Shown here: piece by piece, positions 28,958-37,341 of the stretch
How the letters are laid out: each line of letters starts with the position of its first letter
How positions within the stretch are numbered: position 1 is the first letter of the stretch
Assembly (NCBI GenBank): GCA_044354115.1
Contig: JBILAR010000002.1
Span: 34,088-98,087, forward strand
Reading direction: 5' to 3'
DNA: 64,000 nucleotides
Origin: Pseudomonas sp.
Lineage (GTDB): Bacteria; Pseudomonadota; Gammaproteobacteria; Pseudomonadales; Pseudomonadaceae
The notes under the pieces: generated by a model
Seen by the model: the letters and a program-made list of their open reading frames with translations, nothing else
What the model was told of the DNA's origin: nothing
Database searches by the model: none
Made by a program: the position numbers and the translations under genes

Positions 28958-29566
28958 ATGAAAACCGTAATTTTGATTGGTGCCCAAGGGCACATGGGCC
29001 AAGCCGCTATGACCGGCCTCAAGAAACACAACGTCATCACCGCCAGCCGCTCTGGCACAGGCTGCGACCACACGGTAGATATCACCAGCAAGGCGTCGAT
29101 CAAGGCTCTATTCGAAAAGGTTGGGCCGTTCGATGCTGTCGTTAATACAGTTGGCTACTGCGAATACGCTAACTTCAGCGAAATGACCGATGAGCAATGG
29201 GACACAACTATCCAAAGCAAGATGGTCGGCCAGATCAATCTGGTAAATGTGGGCCTGAACTACATCAACGATGGCGGTTCGTTTACGTTGATTTCGGGCA
29301 TTCTCAATGTCAAACCTATTCCTATGGCAATTGCTGACGCCACCACCAGCGGCGCCATCGACACCTTCGTACAGTGCGTAGCGCACGAGCTTCCACGTCA
29401 GATTCGCATCAACGTGGTCAACCCTACAGTTCTGGAAGAGGCATGGGACGTATATGGGGAAATGATGCCAGGCTTCCAGCCTGTCCCTGGCGCGCTGGTA
29501 GGCAAAGCCTTTGAGCGCTCGGTTGATGGCTTCATCACCGGAAAGGTTATATTCGTCGACGCCTGA
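28958..29566 (+). CDS. short (202-aa) SDR-family NAD(P)-binding oxidoreductase
   Basis: Rossmann N-terminus KTVILIGAQGHMGQA. Its length and pairing with a divergent LysR are typical of this small SDR group. Confidence 0.75.
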   Translation: MKTVILIGAQGHMGQAAMTGLKKHNVITASRSGTGCDHTVDITSKASIKALFEKVGPFDAVVNTVGYCEYANFSEMTDEQWDTTIQSKMVGQINLVNVGLNYINDGGSFTLISGILNVKPIPMAIADATTSGAIDTFVQCVAHELPRQIRINVVNPTVLEEAWDVYGEMMPGFQPVPGALVGKAFERSVDGFITGKVIFVDA

Positions 29567-29771
29567 AGAAGAGCCCATCTGCACTGAAAGTAAGTCACTG
29601 AAATTTAAGAAGGCGCCGATTTGAAAGTTAATCAGGTCGGATGCCTCTCAAGCTACATGCACCTATATTAGGTTAATTCATGTATTTAATTTAAATACTC
29701 AATTTTTATGAGTTTGCGCTGTTTTCATGCGCACCCATTAAATTATCACTTAAACTAGCGAGATCTATATC

Positions 29772-29987
29772 ATGAAGATTATAAATGGTTTTATTGTCGG
29801 GCTTTTGCTTGTCGCTGGCTACACACAGGTACATGCCGAAGACGGTCATGATCGCTCTATGAAGAGGCATGAACAATTTAGAACTGAACAAAAAAATATT
29901 CACGCAAATGAAGTCGAAAAGAAGGAATTGAAGTCTGAGGCTGTCAGCCATGATAAAGCCAACTGCAAAATATCTAGCGCAAGCTAG
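29772..29987 (+). CDS. small secreted, highly charged hypothetical protein (71 aa)
   Basis: Signal peptide MKIINGFIVGLLLVAGYTQVHA followed by a Lys/Glu/His-rich tail, in a very AT-rich context. Confidence 0.4.
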   Translation: MKIINGFIVGLLLVAGYTQVHAEDGHDRSMKRHEQFRTEQKNIHANEVEKKELKSEAVSHDKANCKISSAS

Positions 29988-30118
29988 TATCAGCTCTGGG
30001 GTGCACTCATCTGAGATTTTTAAGTATCCTTTGAAGAGAGCAACGTAAGTGTTCGCCAGGCGTTGCCTGGTTCTCAAGCTTATGACTAAAGGTGTTCATG
30101 GCAGGGAGTAGTGACCAA

Positions 30119-30973
30119 ATGAATCTTCCATTTTTCCAGGTTGATGTTTTTGGAGGGGCTCCATTTAAAGGAAATCCAGTTGCAGTTATCCTGGAAGGGG
30201 ACAAGCTCACGAGCTCACAGATGCTTGAAATAGCTAACTGGACAAATTTATCCGAAACGACTTTTGTATGCGCACCAACGACCAGTAACGCTGATTACCG
30301 ACTGAGGATATTTACCACGCAAGGTGAATTACCCTTTGCAGGACACCCAACTATCGGAAGCGCCACAGCATTGCTAGCTTATGGGCTGACTCCCAAGACA
30401 CCTGGGATGCTTGTTCAGGAGTGTGATCAGGGACTGGTACCGCTTCACTTACTCGGCAACAGGATCTTCTTTGAATTGCCAGCGCCTAGTTTTGCGCCGC
30501 TAGGTGAGCACAGGCTACTGGACATTCTAGCGGCCATTGGCGTCCATCGTGAGTCCGTATGCAATGCTGCAATTATCGATGTCGGTGCTGTCTGGATCAC
30601 TTTGCAACTTCGCTCTGCGCAAGATGTTCTAGATCTAAAGCCGAACATTAATTGCCTCGCGCAAGCAACTACAAACTGCACGGGACTTACTGTCTTCGGC
30701 CTGTATGCAGATGGTGATTCTGCATTGGTTGAGGTGCGCTCATTTGTGCCAGGCGACGCCGTCCCAGAAGATCCGGTATGCGGCAGTGGTAATGGCTGCG
30801 TCGCAGCGATGCTTCAGCGCTCCGGCACAGCACCAACGCGATATATCGCATCGCAAGGAAACAAAGTCGGGCGCGATGGCAAGATTGAAGTGGAGTTTAG
30901 TTCTGACGGTACGATACTGATCGGTGGAGTATCTGCAATTCGGGTGCAGGGTTCAATTTCACTTACCCCATGA
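30119..30973 (+). CDS. PhzF-family isomerase/epimerase-like protein (intact copy)
   Basis: Track ORF 30092..30973 (GTG). ATG 30119 gives MNLPFFQVDVFGGAPFKGNPVAVIL...ANWTNLSETTFV...FAGHPTIGS...DPVCGSGNGCVAAML, the typical PhzF-superfamily layout. Confidence 0.85.
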   Translation: MNLPFFQVDVFGGAPFKGNPVAVILEGDKLTSSQMLEIANWTNLSETTFVCAPTTSNADYRLRIFTTQGELPFAGHPTIGSATALLAYGLTPKTPGMLVQECDQGLVPLHLLGNRIFFELPAPSFAPLGEHRLLDILAAIGVHRESVCNAAIIDVGAVWITLQLRSAQDVLDLKPNINCLAQATTNCTGLTVFGLYADGDSALVEVRSFVPGDAVPEDPVCGSGNGCVAAMLQRSGTAPTRYIASQGNKVGRDGKIEVEFSSDGTILIGGVSAIRVQGSISLTP

Positions 30974-31093
30974 CTCTGGTGGGCGGGTTCGTTTCGTATC
31001 TTAAATCTCCCCAACCTCATAGAGGCAGTTAAACGTCTGCTATGGGTCGAAAGCTGCCAATCAAGATACCCAACAAAGCCCCGGCAACTTCCC

Positions 31094-31125
31094 GGTGGGC
31101 AATGCTGCGCAGTTGCCCACCCTAC
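31094..31125. repeat. REP-like hairpin (family B) at the right edge of the low-G+C island
   Basis: GGTGGGCAA-atgctgcgcag-TTGCCCACCCTAC read directly. Confidence 0.65.
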
Positions 31126-31189
31126 CGATCTCGACGGTTCGACAAGGTGGGCAAGTTTTTTGAACCGCGCCAGCTCAAAACGCCAGCGC

Positions 31190-32077
31190 TTACTGCATCC
31201 ACGGCGGTGGTGGTGGCTCGTCGTTAGGCGCGTCGTCGGCATTGAGTACCGCAATGCGCCGCGCCTCGTCAGCCAGAGCGGCTTTGATTTCGCGCATGAC
31301 TGCGTCGATATCCGCCGCGTCTTCTTCTTCGGCAAACTCGCCGGTTAACTTGCTGCTCGGGGTCAGCTTGCCTTCCTCAAACAGCGCCCACATTTCTTTG
31401 GCGTATTTGGTGAATTTCAGCTCCGGGGCGAACTGGCCAAAGTAATCGGCCATGTTGCGTACATCGCGCTCCAGCATCGAGAAGGCGTGGTTATTGGCCG
31501 CCGCATCCACCGCTTGCGGCAAGTCGATAATCACCGGACCTTCGGGGCCGAGCAGCACGTTGAACTCGGATAAGTCGCCATGCACTAAGCCTGCGCAGAG
31601 CATTTTGACGATTTCCTCGATCATAAAGGCGTGAAACTCACGCGCATCATCGGGGTGTAAATCGACGTCATTCAGGCGCGGTGCCACCTCTCCGTTCTCG
31701 GTGGTGACCAGCTCCATCAGCAGCACACCTTCGAGGAAATCATACGGCTTAGGCACCCGCACACCGGCACTGGCGAGGCGAAACAAGGCCGCCACTTCGG
31801 CGTTTTGCCAGGCTTCTTCTTGGCCTTTACGGCCATGCTTAGAGCCATTCGCCATGGCCCGGGCATCGCGGCTATTGCGCACCTTGCGGCCTTCTTGATA
31901 CTCGGCGGCTTGGCGAAAACCACGTTTGTTGGCTTCTTTGTAAACTTTGGCGCAGCGCAGCTCCTCACCACAGCGCACCACATAAACAGCGGCCTCTTTA
32001 CCACTCATGAGTGGGCGGATCACCTCATCAACCAGACCATCTTCGATCAAGGGTTCAATGCGTTTTGGCGTCTTCAT
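31190..32077 (-). CDS. RIO-type serine protein kinase
   Basis: MSGKEAAVYVVRCGEELRCAKVYK (ATP-binding Lys), LVHGDLSEFNVLL (catalytic loop), and IIDLPQAVD (metal-binding Asp). Confidence 0.85.
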   Translation of the reverse strand: MKTPKRIEPLIEDGLVDEVIRPLMSGKEAAVYVVRCGEELRCAKVYKEANKRGFRQAAEYQEGRKVRNSRDARAMANGSKHGRKGQEEAWQNAEVAALFRLASAGVRVPKPYDFLEGVLLMELVTTENGEVAPRLNDVDLHPDDAREFHAFMIEEIVKMLCAGLVHGDLSEFNVLLGPEGPVIIDLPQAVDAAANNHAFSMLERDVRNMADYFGQFAPELKFTKYAKEMWALFEEGKLTPSSKLTGEFAEEEDAADIDAVMREIKAALADEARRIAVLNADDAPNDEPPPPPWMQ

Positions 32078-32482
32078 CGGGCTTTACCGGGGCTCCTGTG
32101 CAACTCAAATGTAACCAATGCAGAGCAGCCTGAGCTGTTGCCTAAACTTTCAGTGGCGCACCTAAGCCTTTGACAGAAAACTTTATTCGCGGGTTTTCAG
32201 CCAAGCGCACAACGGGCCACTTAAGCTCGCCATTGTGCCAGCGTGATTCGCCTTGGCAAGCCCAATGGCACCGTCACCAATCGACAAGGCGCAGATAGGC
32301 GTTTGCCCGCGCTTAATTTTGCCCTGCGGCGCCCTAGCAATGCCGCCAATACAGCGCCGCGAGCTAAGCAGCAGCAACTAACCGGGCAAAAAAAAGGCGA
32401 CACCGCCAAAGCGATGCCGCCAAAAATCACGGAGGTGATGAGTTGTTCAGCGCCAGCAGCACGGCCGCAAGCGCTCAAGTGG

Positions 32483-33769
32483 TTAGTTGGATGCCGCCTC
32501 AATGATCGCCGTCACACCCTGACCGCCAGCGGCGCAGACCGAAATCAGGCCACGGCCTTTGCCTGCCACCGAGAGCAACTTGGCCAGATTGCCGACCAAG
32601 CGCCCGCCGGTGGCGCCAAAGGGGTGGCCAGCCGCCAAGGAGCTGCCTTTAACGTTCAACTTACTGCGATCAATAGACCCCAATGGCTGTGCCAGCCCCA
32701 AGCGGCTTTGGCAGTACTCGGCATCTTCCCAAGCTTTAAGGGTGCACAGCACTTGAGCGGCGAAGGCTTCGTGAATCTCGTAAAAGTCGAAATCCTGCAG
32801 GTTCAGGTTATTGCGCGCCAGCAGCCGTGGCACGGCGTACACCGGCGCCATCAACAGGCCCTCGCTACCTTTAACGAAGTCCACGGCCGCCGCCTCGCCA
32901 TCTTTGAAGTAAGCCAAAATCGGCAAGCCACGGGCCTTAGCCCACTCTTCGCTGGCCAGTAACACCACCGACGCGCCGTCGGTTAACGGCGTCGAGTTAG
33001 CGGCGGTCAGAGTGCCGTGCGGGCCACGCTCGAAGCAGGGCTTAATGGTGGCGAGTTTTTCCAGACTGATGTCTGGGCGCAAGTTTTGGTCGCGGGTCAA
33101 GCCACGAAAGGGTGTGATCAGGTCGTCGTGCCAGCCTTCGGCATAGGAAGCGGCCAAGTTTTGGTGACTGAGCACCGCCAAGCGATCTTGTTCATCACGG
33201 GGGATGGCCCAACGCTGCGCCATCAACTCGCACGACTCGCCCATCGACAAACCGGTGCGTGGCTCACCGTTACGCGGGATCGACGGGGCCAAGTGACGTG
33301 GGCGAATCTTCATTAAGGTCTTCAGCTTGTCGCCGGTGGTTTTGCCGCGATTGGCCGCCAACAGAATGTGCCGCAACTCCTCATGCACACCAATAGGCGC
33401 ATCCGAGGTGGTGTCCACGCCGCCGGCGATACCGCAGTCGATCTGCCCGAGGGCGATCTTGTTAGCCACCAAAATCGCTGCCTCCAAGCCGGTGCCGCAG
33501 GCTTGTTGCAGGTCAAAGGCGGTGGTTTCCGGCGACAAGCGCGAGCCGAGTACGCATTCACGAGCCAAGTTAAAGTCGCGTGAATGTTTGAGCACAGCGC
33601 CCGCGACGAAATCGCCGATGCGCTCGCCATGCAAATTAAACCGCTCAACCAAACCGTCCAAGGCGCTGGTGAGCATCTCTTGGTTGCTGGCCGTGGCATA
33701 CACCGTATTAGAACGGGCGAAAGGGATACGGTTGCCGCCGACAATGGCGACCCGACGCGGCTGGGTCAT
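32483..33769 (-). CDS. acetyl-CoA C-acyltransferase (thiolase)
   Basis: VAIVGGNRIPFARS, the active-site Cys region DLQQACGTGLEA, and the C-terminal GLISVCAAGGQG. Confidence 0.9.
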   Translation of the reverse strand: MTQPRRVAIVGGNRIPFARSNTVYATASNQEMLTSALDGLVERFNLHGERIGDFVAGAVLKHSRDFNLARECVLGSRLSPETTAFDLQQACGTGLEAAILVANKIALGQIDCGIAGGVDTTSDAPIGVHEELRHILLAANRGKTTGDKLKTLMKIRPRHLAPSIPRNGEPRTGLSMGESCELMAQRWAIPRDEQDRLAVLSHQNLAASYAEGWHDDLITPFRGLTRDQNLRPDISLEKLATIKPCFERGPHGTLTAANSTPLTDGASVVLLASEEWAKARGLPILAYFKDGEAAAVDFVKGSEGLLMAPVYAVPRLLARNNLNLQDFDFYEIHEAFAAQVLCTLKAWEDAEYCQSRLGLAQPLGSIDRSKLNVKGSSLAAGHPFGATGGRLVGNLAKLLSVAGKGRGLISVCAAGGQGVTAIIEAASN

Positions 33770-33943
33770 GCAAGACTCCTTAAAAAGTACAGAACAGCGC
33801 AGTAAGTGCCGAACAGACTAGCCGGCTGCGCCGCCCGAACATTGGCCGGCTTGCCCGATTCGCGGTCAGCACGGTCAATTGCGCAATCCCGCGAGCTGCG
33901 TAGAGTGACGCAACTTTCCTCCATTTCATTTGGGTGCCCGAGC

Positions 33944-35299
33944 ATGTCCGACCGTTATCTAGCCTTTGCCAACTCCAACTTTGGCCGCCGCGTGGTCAGC
34001 ACTCTGGGCTTGCCCGCACCGCAGCGTTTAGAGCGCTGGCAAGCGGGCCGCGCGCAGCCGGTGGATGGCGCGCTGCTGATCAGCGCCAGTGGCGCCCTCG
34101 CTACTGCTGCGAGCGGCTGCCTGAACAAGCTCACCAGCGACAGCTTTAGCACCAGCGAAGGCGCTTTTGGCCTGCCGCGCTGGACCGCCGAACACGGCCC
34201 GAAACTTAAGGCGCTGATTTTTGATGCCAGCGAGCTAGGCAGTTTTGAGCAACTGATTGAGCTGCGCAATTTCTTCCAGCCGGCCTTTAAAGGCTTGGCT
34301 AAATGCCCACGGGTGGTGATTTTGGCCCGCCCACCGGAAAGCCTGAAAGACCCGATCGCCGCCAGCGTGCAACGCTCACTGGAAGGCTTTAGCCGCTCAC
34401 TGGGCAAAGAAATCCGCCGGGGCGGCAGCGTGCAACTGCTGTATGTCGGCAAGGGCGCCGAAAACCAACTGGAAGGCGCGCTGCGGTTTTTTCTGTCGCC
34501 AAAAAGCGCCTATGTTTCCGGCCAAGTGCTACGCCTAAGCCCTTGCGCCACTCACGTTAAAGACTGGACGCGACCATTGGCCGGCCAAACCGCCCTGATT
34601 ACCGGCGCCAGCCGTGGCATAGGCGCGTCGATCGCCGAAGTGCTGGCCCGCGACGGTGCCAAAGTAGTGCTCTTGGACGTGCCACAGGCTAAAGACAGCC
34701 TCAACGCGCTGGCCGCACGCCTCGGCGGGCAAGCCGTGGCGCTGGATATTTGCGCCGCCGATGCCGCCACCCAGTTAGTTGCCGCCCTGCCCGATGGCGT
34801 CGATATAGTCGTACACAACGCCGGCATCACCCGCGACAAGACGCTAAAGAACATGAGCGATGCGCTCTGGGACTCGGTGATTAACGTCAACCTGCGCGCC
34901 CCACAAGTGCTGACCCAAGCCCTGCTCGACGCCAATAAACTGCGCGACAACGGCCGCGTGGTGCTGCTCGCCTCGATCAGCGGGATCGCCGGCAATATGG
35001 GCCAAACCAACTACGCGGTGAGCAAGGCCGGCCTAATCGGCTTGGCCGCGGCATGGGCACCCACCCTAGCCAAACGCGGCATCAGCCTGAATGCGGTGGC
35101 CCCAGGTTTTATCGAAACGCAAATGACCGCCGCCATTCCGCTCGGCATTCGTGAAGCCGGGCGGCGGATGAACTCCATGAGCCAAGGCGGCCAACCGCAA
35201 GACGTCGCCGAAGCCGTGGCTTGGTTCGCGCAACCGACTAGCGGCGCAGTGACTGGCCAAGTGTTGCGGGTGTGTGGGCAGAGTTTGCTGGGGGCTTAA
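33944..35299 (+). CDS. long (451-aa) SDR-family 3-oxoacyl-ACP reductase-like protein
   Basis: I moved the start to ATG 33944 (MSDRYLAF...) within track ORF 33806..35299. The C-terminal half is a classical SDR (TGASRGIGASIAE, NAGITRD, YAVSKAG). Confidence 0.85.
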   Translation: MSDRYLAFANSNFGRRVVSTLGLPAPQRLERWQAGRAQPVDGALLISASGALATAASGCLNKLTSDSFSTSEGAFGLPRWTAEHGPKLKALIFDASELGSFEQLIELRNFFQPAFKGLAKCPRVVILARPPESLKDPIAASVQRSLEGFSRSLGKEIRRGGSVQLLYVGKGAENQLEGALRFFLSPKSAYVSGQVLRLSPCATHVKDWTRPLAGQTALITGASRGIGASIAEVLARDGAKVVLLDVPQAKDSLNALAARLGGQAVALDICAADAATQLVAALPDGVDIVVHNAGITRDKTLKNMSDALWDSVINVNLRAPQVLTQALLDANKLRDNGRVVLLASISGIAGNMGQTNYAVSKAGLIGLAAAWAPTLAKRGISLNAVAPGFIETQMTAAIPLGIREAGRRMNSMSQGGQPQDVAEAVAWFAQPTSGAVTGQVLRVCGQSLLGA

Positions 35300-35319
35300 A
35301 GGCCAATGTGAAACAAAAA

Positions 35320-35347
35320 AATAAGCCCTCTTCTTCGAGGGCTTATT
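35320..35347 (-). terminator. hairpin terminator shared by the convergent SDR and EEP genes
   Basis: An 11-bp stem AATAAGCCCTC / GAGGGCTTATT with a 6-nt loop. The T-run follows on the minus strand (plus-strand AAACAAAAAAA at 35311-35321). The EEP stop codon (35347-35349) touches the stem. Confidence 0.75.
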
Positions 35348-36048
35348 CATGTATCCAAGCTGAACAGCAACGGCATGTGATCACTGTGCTCAAGCCACAT
35401 CGTCGGCGGCCCAACTTCCAGCACAGCACTTGCGGTCAGACCTTGCGACGCAAAGGCATAATCGATGTGATAGGGCTTTTGCAGTTTACGCTGCAGGTAA
35501 AACGTTGGTGTTAGCTCGGCTCCCTGCGACTGCCCATGAAGCTGATGGTAAAGACTGACAATACCCATCTCAGCCAGCGACCCGACCACGTCAGAGTGAT
35601 TCCACCAGCGATCCCAAACATCCCAGCAGGCATTGCTATTGAGGTCACCGGCAATCACGGTCTTGGGTGTATCCAGACTGGAGCCGTGCAACTGCAAATA
35701 CTTATACAACTGCCCGATGTACTTAAACGTCGGCGAGTTGGCCTCCCGAGTCCACACGGCCAATAAGAACAGCTCTCCCGCCACCTTGCAGGGCAAAAAG
35801 TACTCCAGTGGCGTTACGTCCTGCGCAATGGACTCCAACGCAACTCCTGGCTTAGCAAATACGCCGACACCTTTGTTTTTGCTCTGTCCGATCCACAGAT
35901 AGTTACTGGCCCAAGCGATATAACGCGCATCGTTGGAGCGAGCCGGGTCTTCGCATTCTTGGATCACATAAACGTCAGCATCCATGTCATCCAGCAGATG
36001 AAATTTCTTTCTGAATGCACCATTGCAGTTCCAACTGACAAATCTCAC
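35347..36048 (-). CDS. endonuclease/exonuclease/phosphatase (EEP, ExoIII-like fold) family protein
   Basis: MRFVSWNCNGAFRKK...DVYVIQECEDP (catalytic Glu), VIAGDLNSN, HIDYAF, and EHSDHMPLLFSL (catalytic His) are arranged as in exonuclease III. G+C is somewhat lower (50-55% in two hand-counted lines). Confidence 0.8.
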   Translation of the reverse strand: MRFVSWNCNGAFRKKFHLLDDMDADVYVIQECEDPARSNDARYIAWASNYLWIGQSKNKGVGVFAKPGVALESIAQDVTPLEYFLPCKVAGELFLLAVWTREANSPTFKYIGQLYKYLQLHGSSLDTPKTVIAGDLNSNACWDVWDRWWNHSDVVGSLAEMGIVSLYHQLHGQSQGAELTPTFYLQRKLQKPYHIDYAFASQGLTASAVLEVGPPTMWLEHSDHMPLLFSLDT

Positions 36049-36082
36049 TTAACAGTTCCCAAGGTTTGTTATGACGAGTCAT

Positions 36083-36148
36083 GTAGAGCAGGTGAAACCC
36101 ACGACTATCTTCAGCGCAACAGCGCCCGGCGGGTTGCACCCAGCCTAC
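36083..36148. repeat. degenerate REP pair (family C)
   Basis: GTAGAGCAGGTGAAACCCAC ... GCGGGTTGCACCCAGCCTAC, compared with the copy at 1336-1394. Confidence 0.55.
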
Positions 36149-36157
36149 CCCTCGGCG

Positions 36158-37162
36158 TCATTGCGCCTTCGGCAACCGTCCACGACGGCGGAACTCTACT
36201 GGGGTTTCGCCGACCCAGCGTTTGAACGCGCGGTAGAAGGTGCTCGGCTCGGAGAAGCCGGTGCGCTCGACTATCACGTCGATACGTTCGTCGGTATTGA
36301 GCAATAAGTCTTTGGCCAAGCGGCAGCGATAGTCGGTAATCAGGTCGTTGAAGCGCACGCCGGCCACGGCCAAGCGTTCACGCAAGCGCCTCGCCGGCAT
36401 ATTCAGGCGCGCCGCTACCTGTTCGAGGGTCACGCCGCTGTCGACCAGTAATTCAGCAATCAGCTCGCGCACCTTGCGCACCAGATCCAAGCGCTCGACT
36501 TCGACCAGTTGCCGGCGGGCCATCGACTCGTGCATTTGCAGCAACTCGGGGGCGGCGTGGCGTGAGGCTTTGTCCAGCACCTTGGCGGCGAACACCAAGC
36601 GGTAACTCGGCTGTCCGAAGCGTACCGGGCAGCCGTAGGTTTGCAGGTAACGCTCGGCGGGCGCCGCTTGCGGATGGATAAACTGCACCTCGACGGGGAC
36701 AAAATCGCCTTCGGTCAACGCACTAAACATGCGGATCACGGCGCCGGCGAGCATCTCAGGGAAGTGCCGTGGAACATCGGCACTCATGCCCATGATCAGG
36801 GTCGCGACCTCGCCATCGACCTCAAGTTTGGCGCTCAAACTGTCAGACAGCAGCCGCACATAGCGCAGCGCGTGGCGCAGGCCATCGCCAAAGGTTTCGC
36901 TGGAGAGAAACATGTATTCCAACAGTAGGCCGTGAAATGCCGGCAGGTGCTCGGCCAAATACAGGCCGACATGCTCCTCGCCACACTCCTCGGCGGCCGC
37001 CTGCCAGAACAGCACTTGCGCCATATGCGGGTAACGTCCGCTCGGCAGCACGCCCTCGGGCATCCCCAGACGTTTGAGCACGCGGTCGGGGTCGGCGCCG
37101 CTGGCGCGCAATGCATCGAACGCTAGACGCATCAGCGCCACATCATCGGTCAAGTCACGCAT
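36158..37162 (-). CDS. AraC-family transcriptional regulator
   Basis: The C-terminal AraC HTH pair (LEQVAARLNMPARRLRERL...IDVIVERTGFSEPSTFYRAFKRWVGETP); 334 aa. Confidence 0.9.
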   Translation of the reverse strand: MRDLTDDVALMRLAFDALRASGADPDRVLKRLGMPEGVLPSGRYPHMAQVLFWQAAAEECGEEHVGLYLAEHLPAFHGLLLEYMFLSSETFGDGLRHALRYVRLLSDSLSAKLEVDGEVATLIMGMSADVPRHFPEMLAGAVIRMFSALTEGDFVPVEVQFIHPQAAPAERYLQTYGCPVRFGQPSYRLVFAAKVLDKASRHAAPELLQMHESMARRQLVEVERLDLVRKVRELIAELLVDSGVTLEQVAARLNMPARRLRERLAVAGVRFNDLITDYRCRLAKDLLLNTDERIDVIVERTGFSEPSTFYRAFKRWVGETPVEFRRRGRLPKAQ

Positions 37163-37341
37163 GCTTAGAGTTCTTGTTTTGGCTAGGGCGCGGCCATCTT
37201 ATGCAGCTTTAGTGGCGCGGCTCAAGGCCCGATTGGCCAGCCCCGCCAATTGACTGGCCTGCCAAAGCGCGTTGCCGCTCGGCCAATGCCGACAGGCCAC
37301 AAGTCGCTAAGCTCCTAGCCACATTATTCAAGGATCAATTT

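Noticed and set aside
29682-29698. Perfect 8+1+8 palindrome GTATTTAATTTAAATAC upstream of the small secreted ORF
   Set aside because: It lies in DNA that is nearly all A/T, where such palindromes arise easily by chance. It has no second copy and no obvious cognate regulator.
32183-32502. 64- and 93-codon minus-strand ORFs in the 400-bp thiolase/RIO-kinase gap, one with two hydrophobic segments; also an A8 run at 32388-32395 that could be a slippery tract
   Set aside because: The 93-codon ORF would have to start inside the thiolase 3' end. On the minus strand, the T8 run is preceded by a small GGCG-gtgt-CGCC hairpin, which reads better as the thiolase terminator. There is no RBS and no family resemblance. 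I left it unannotated.
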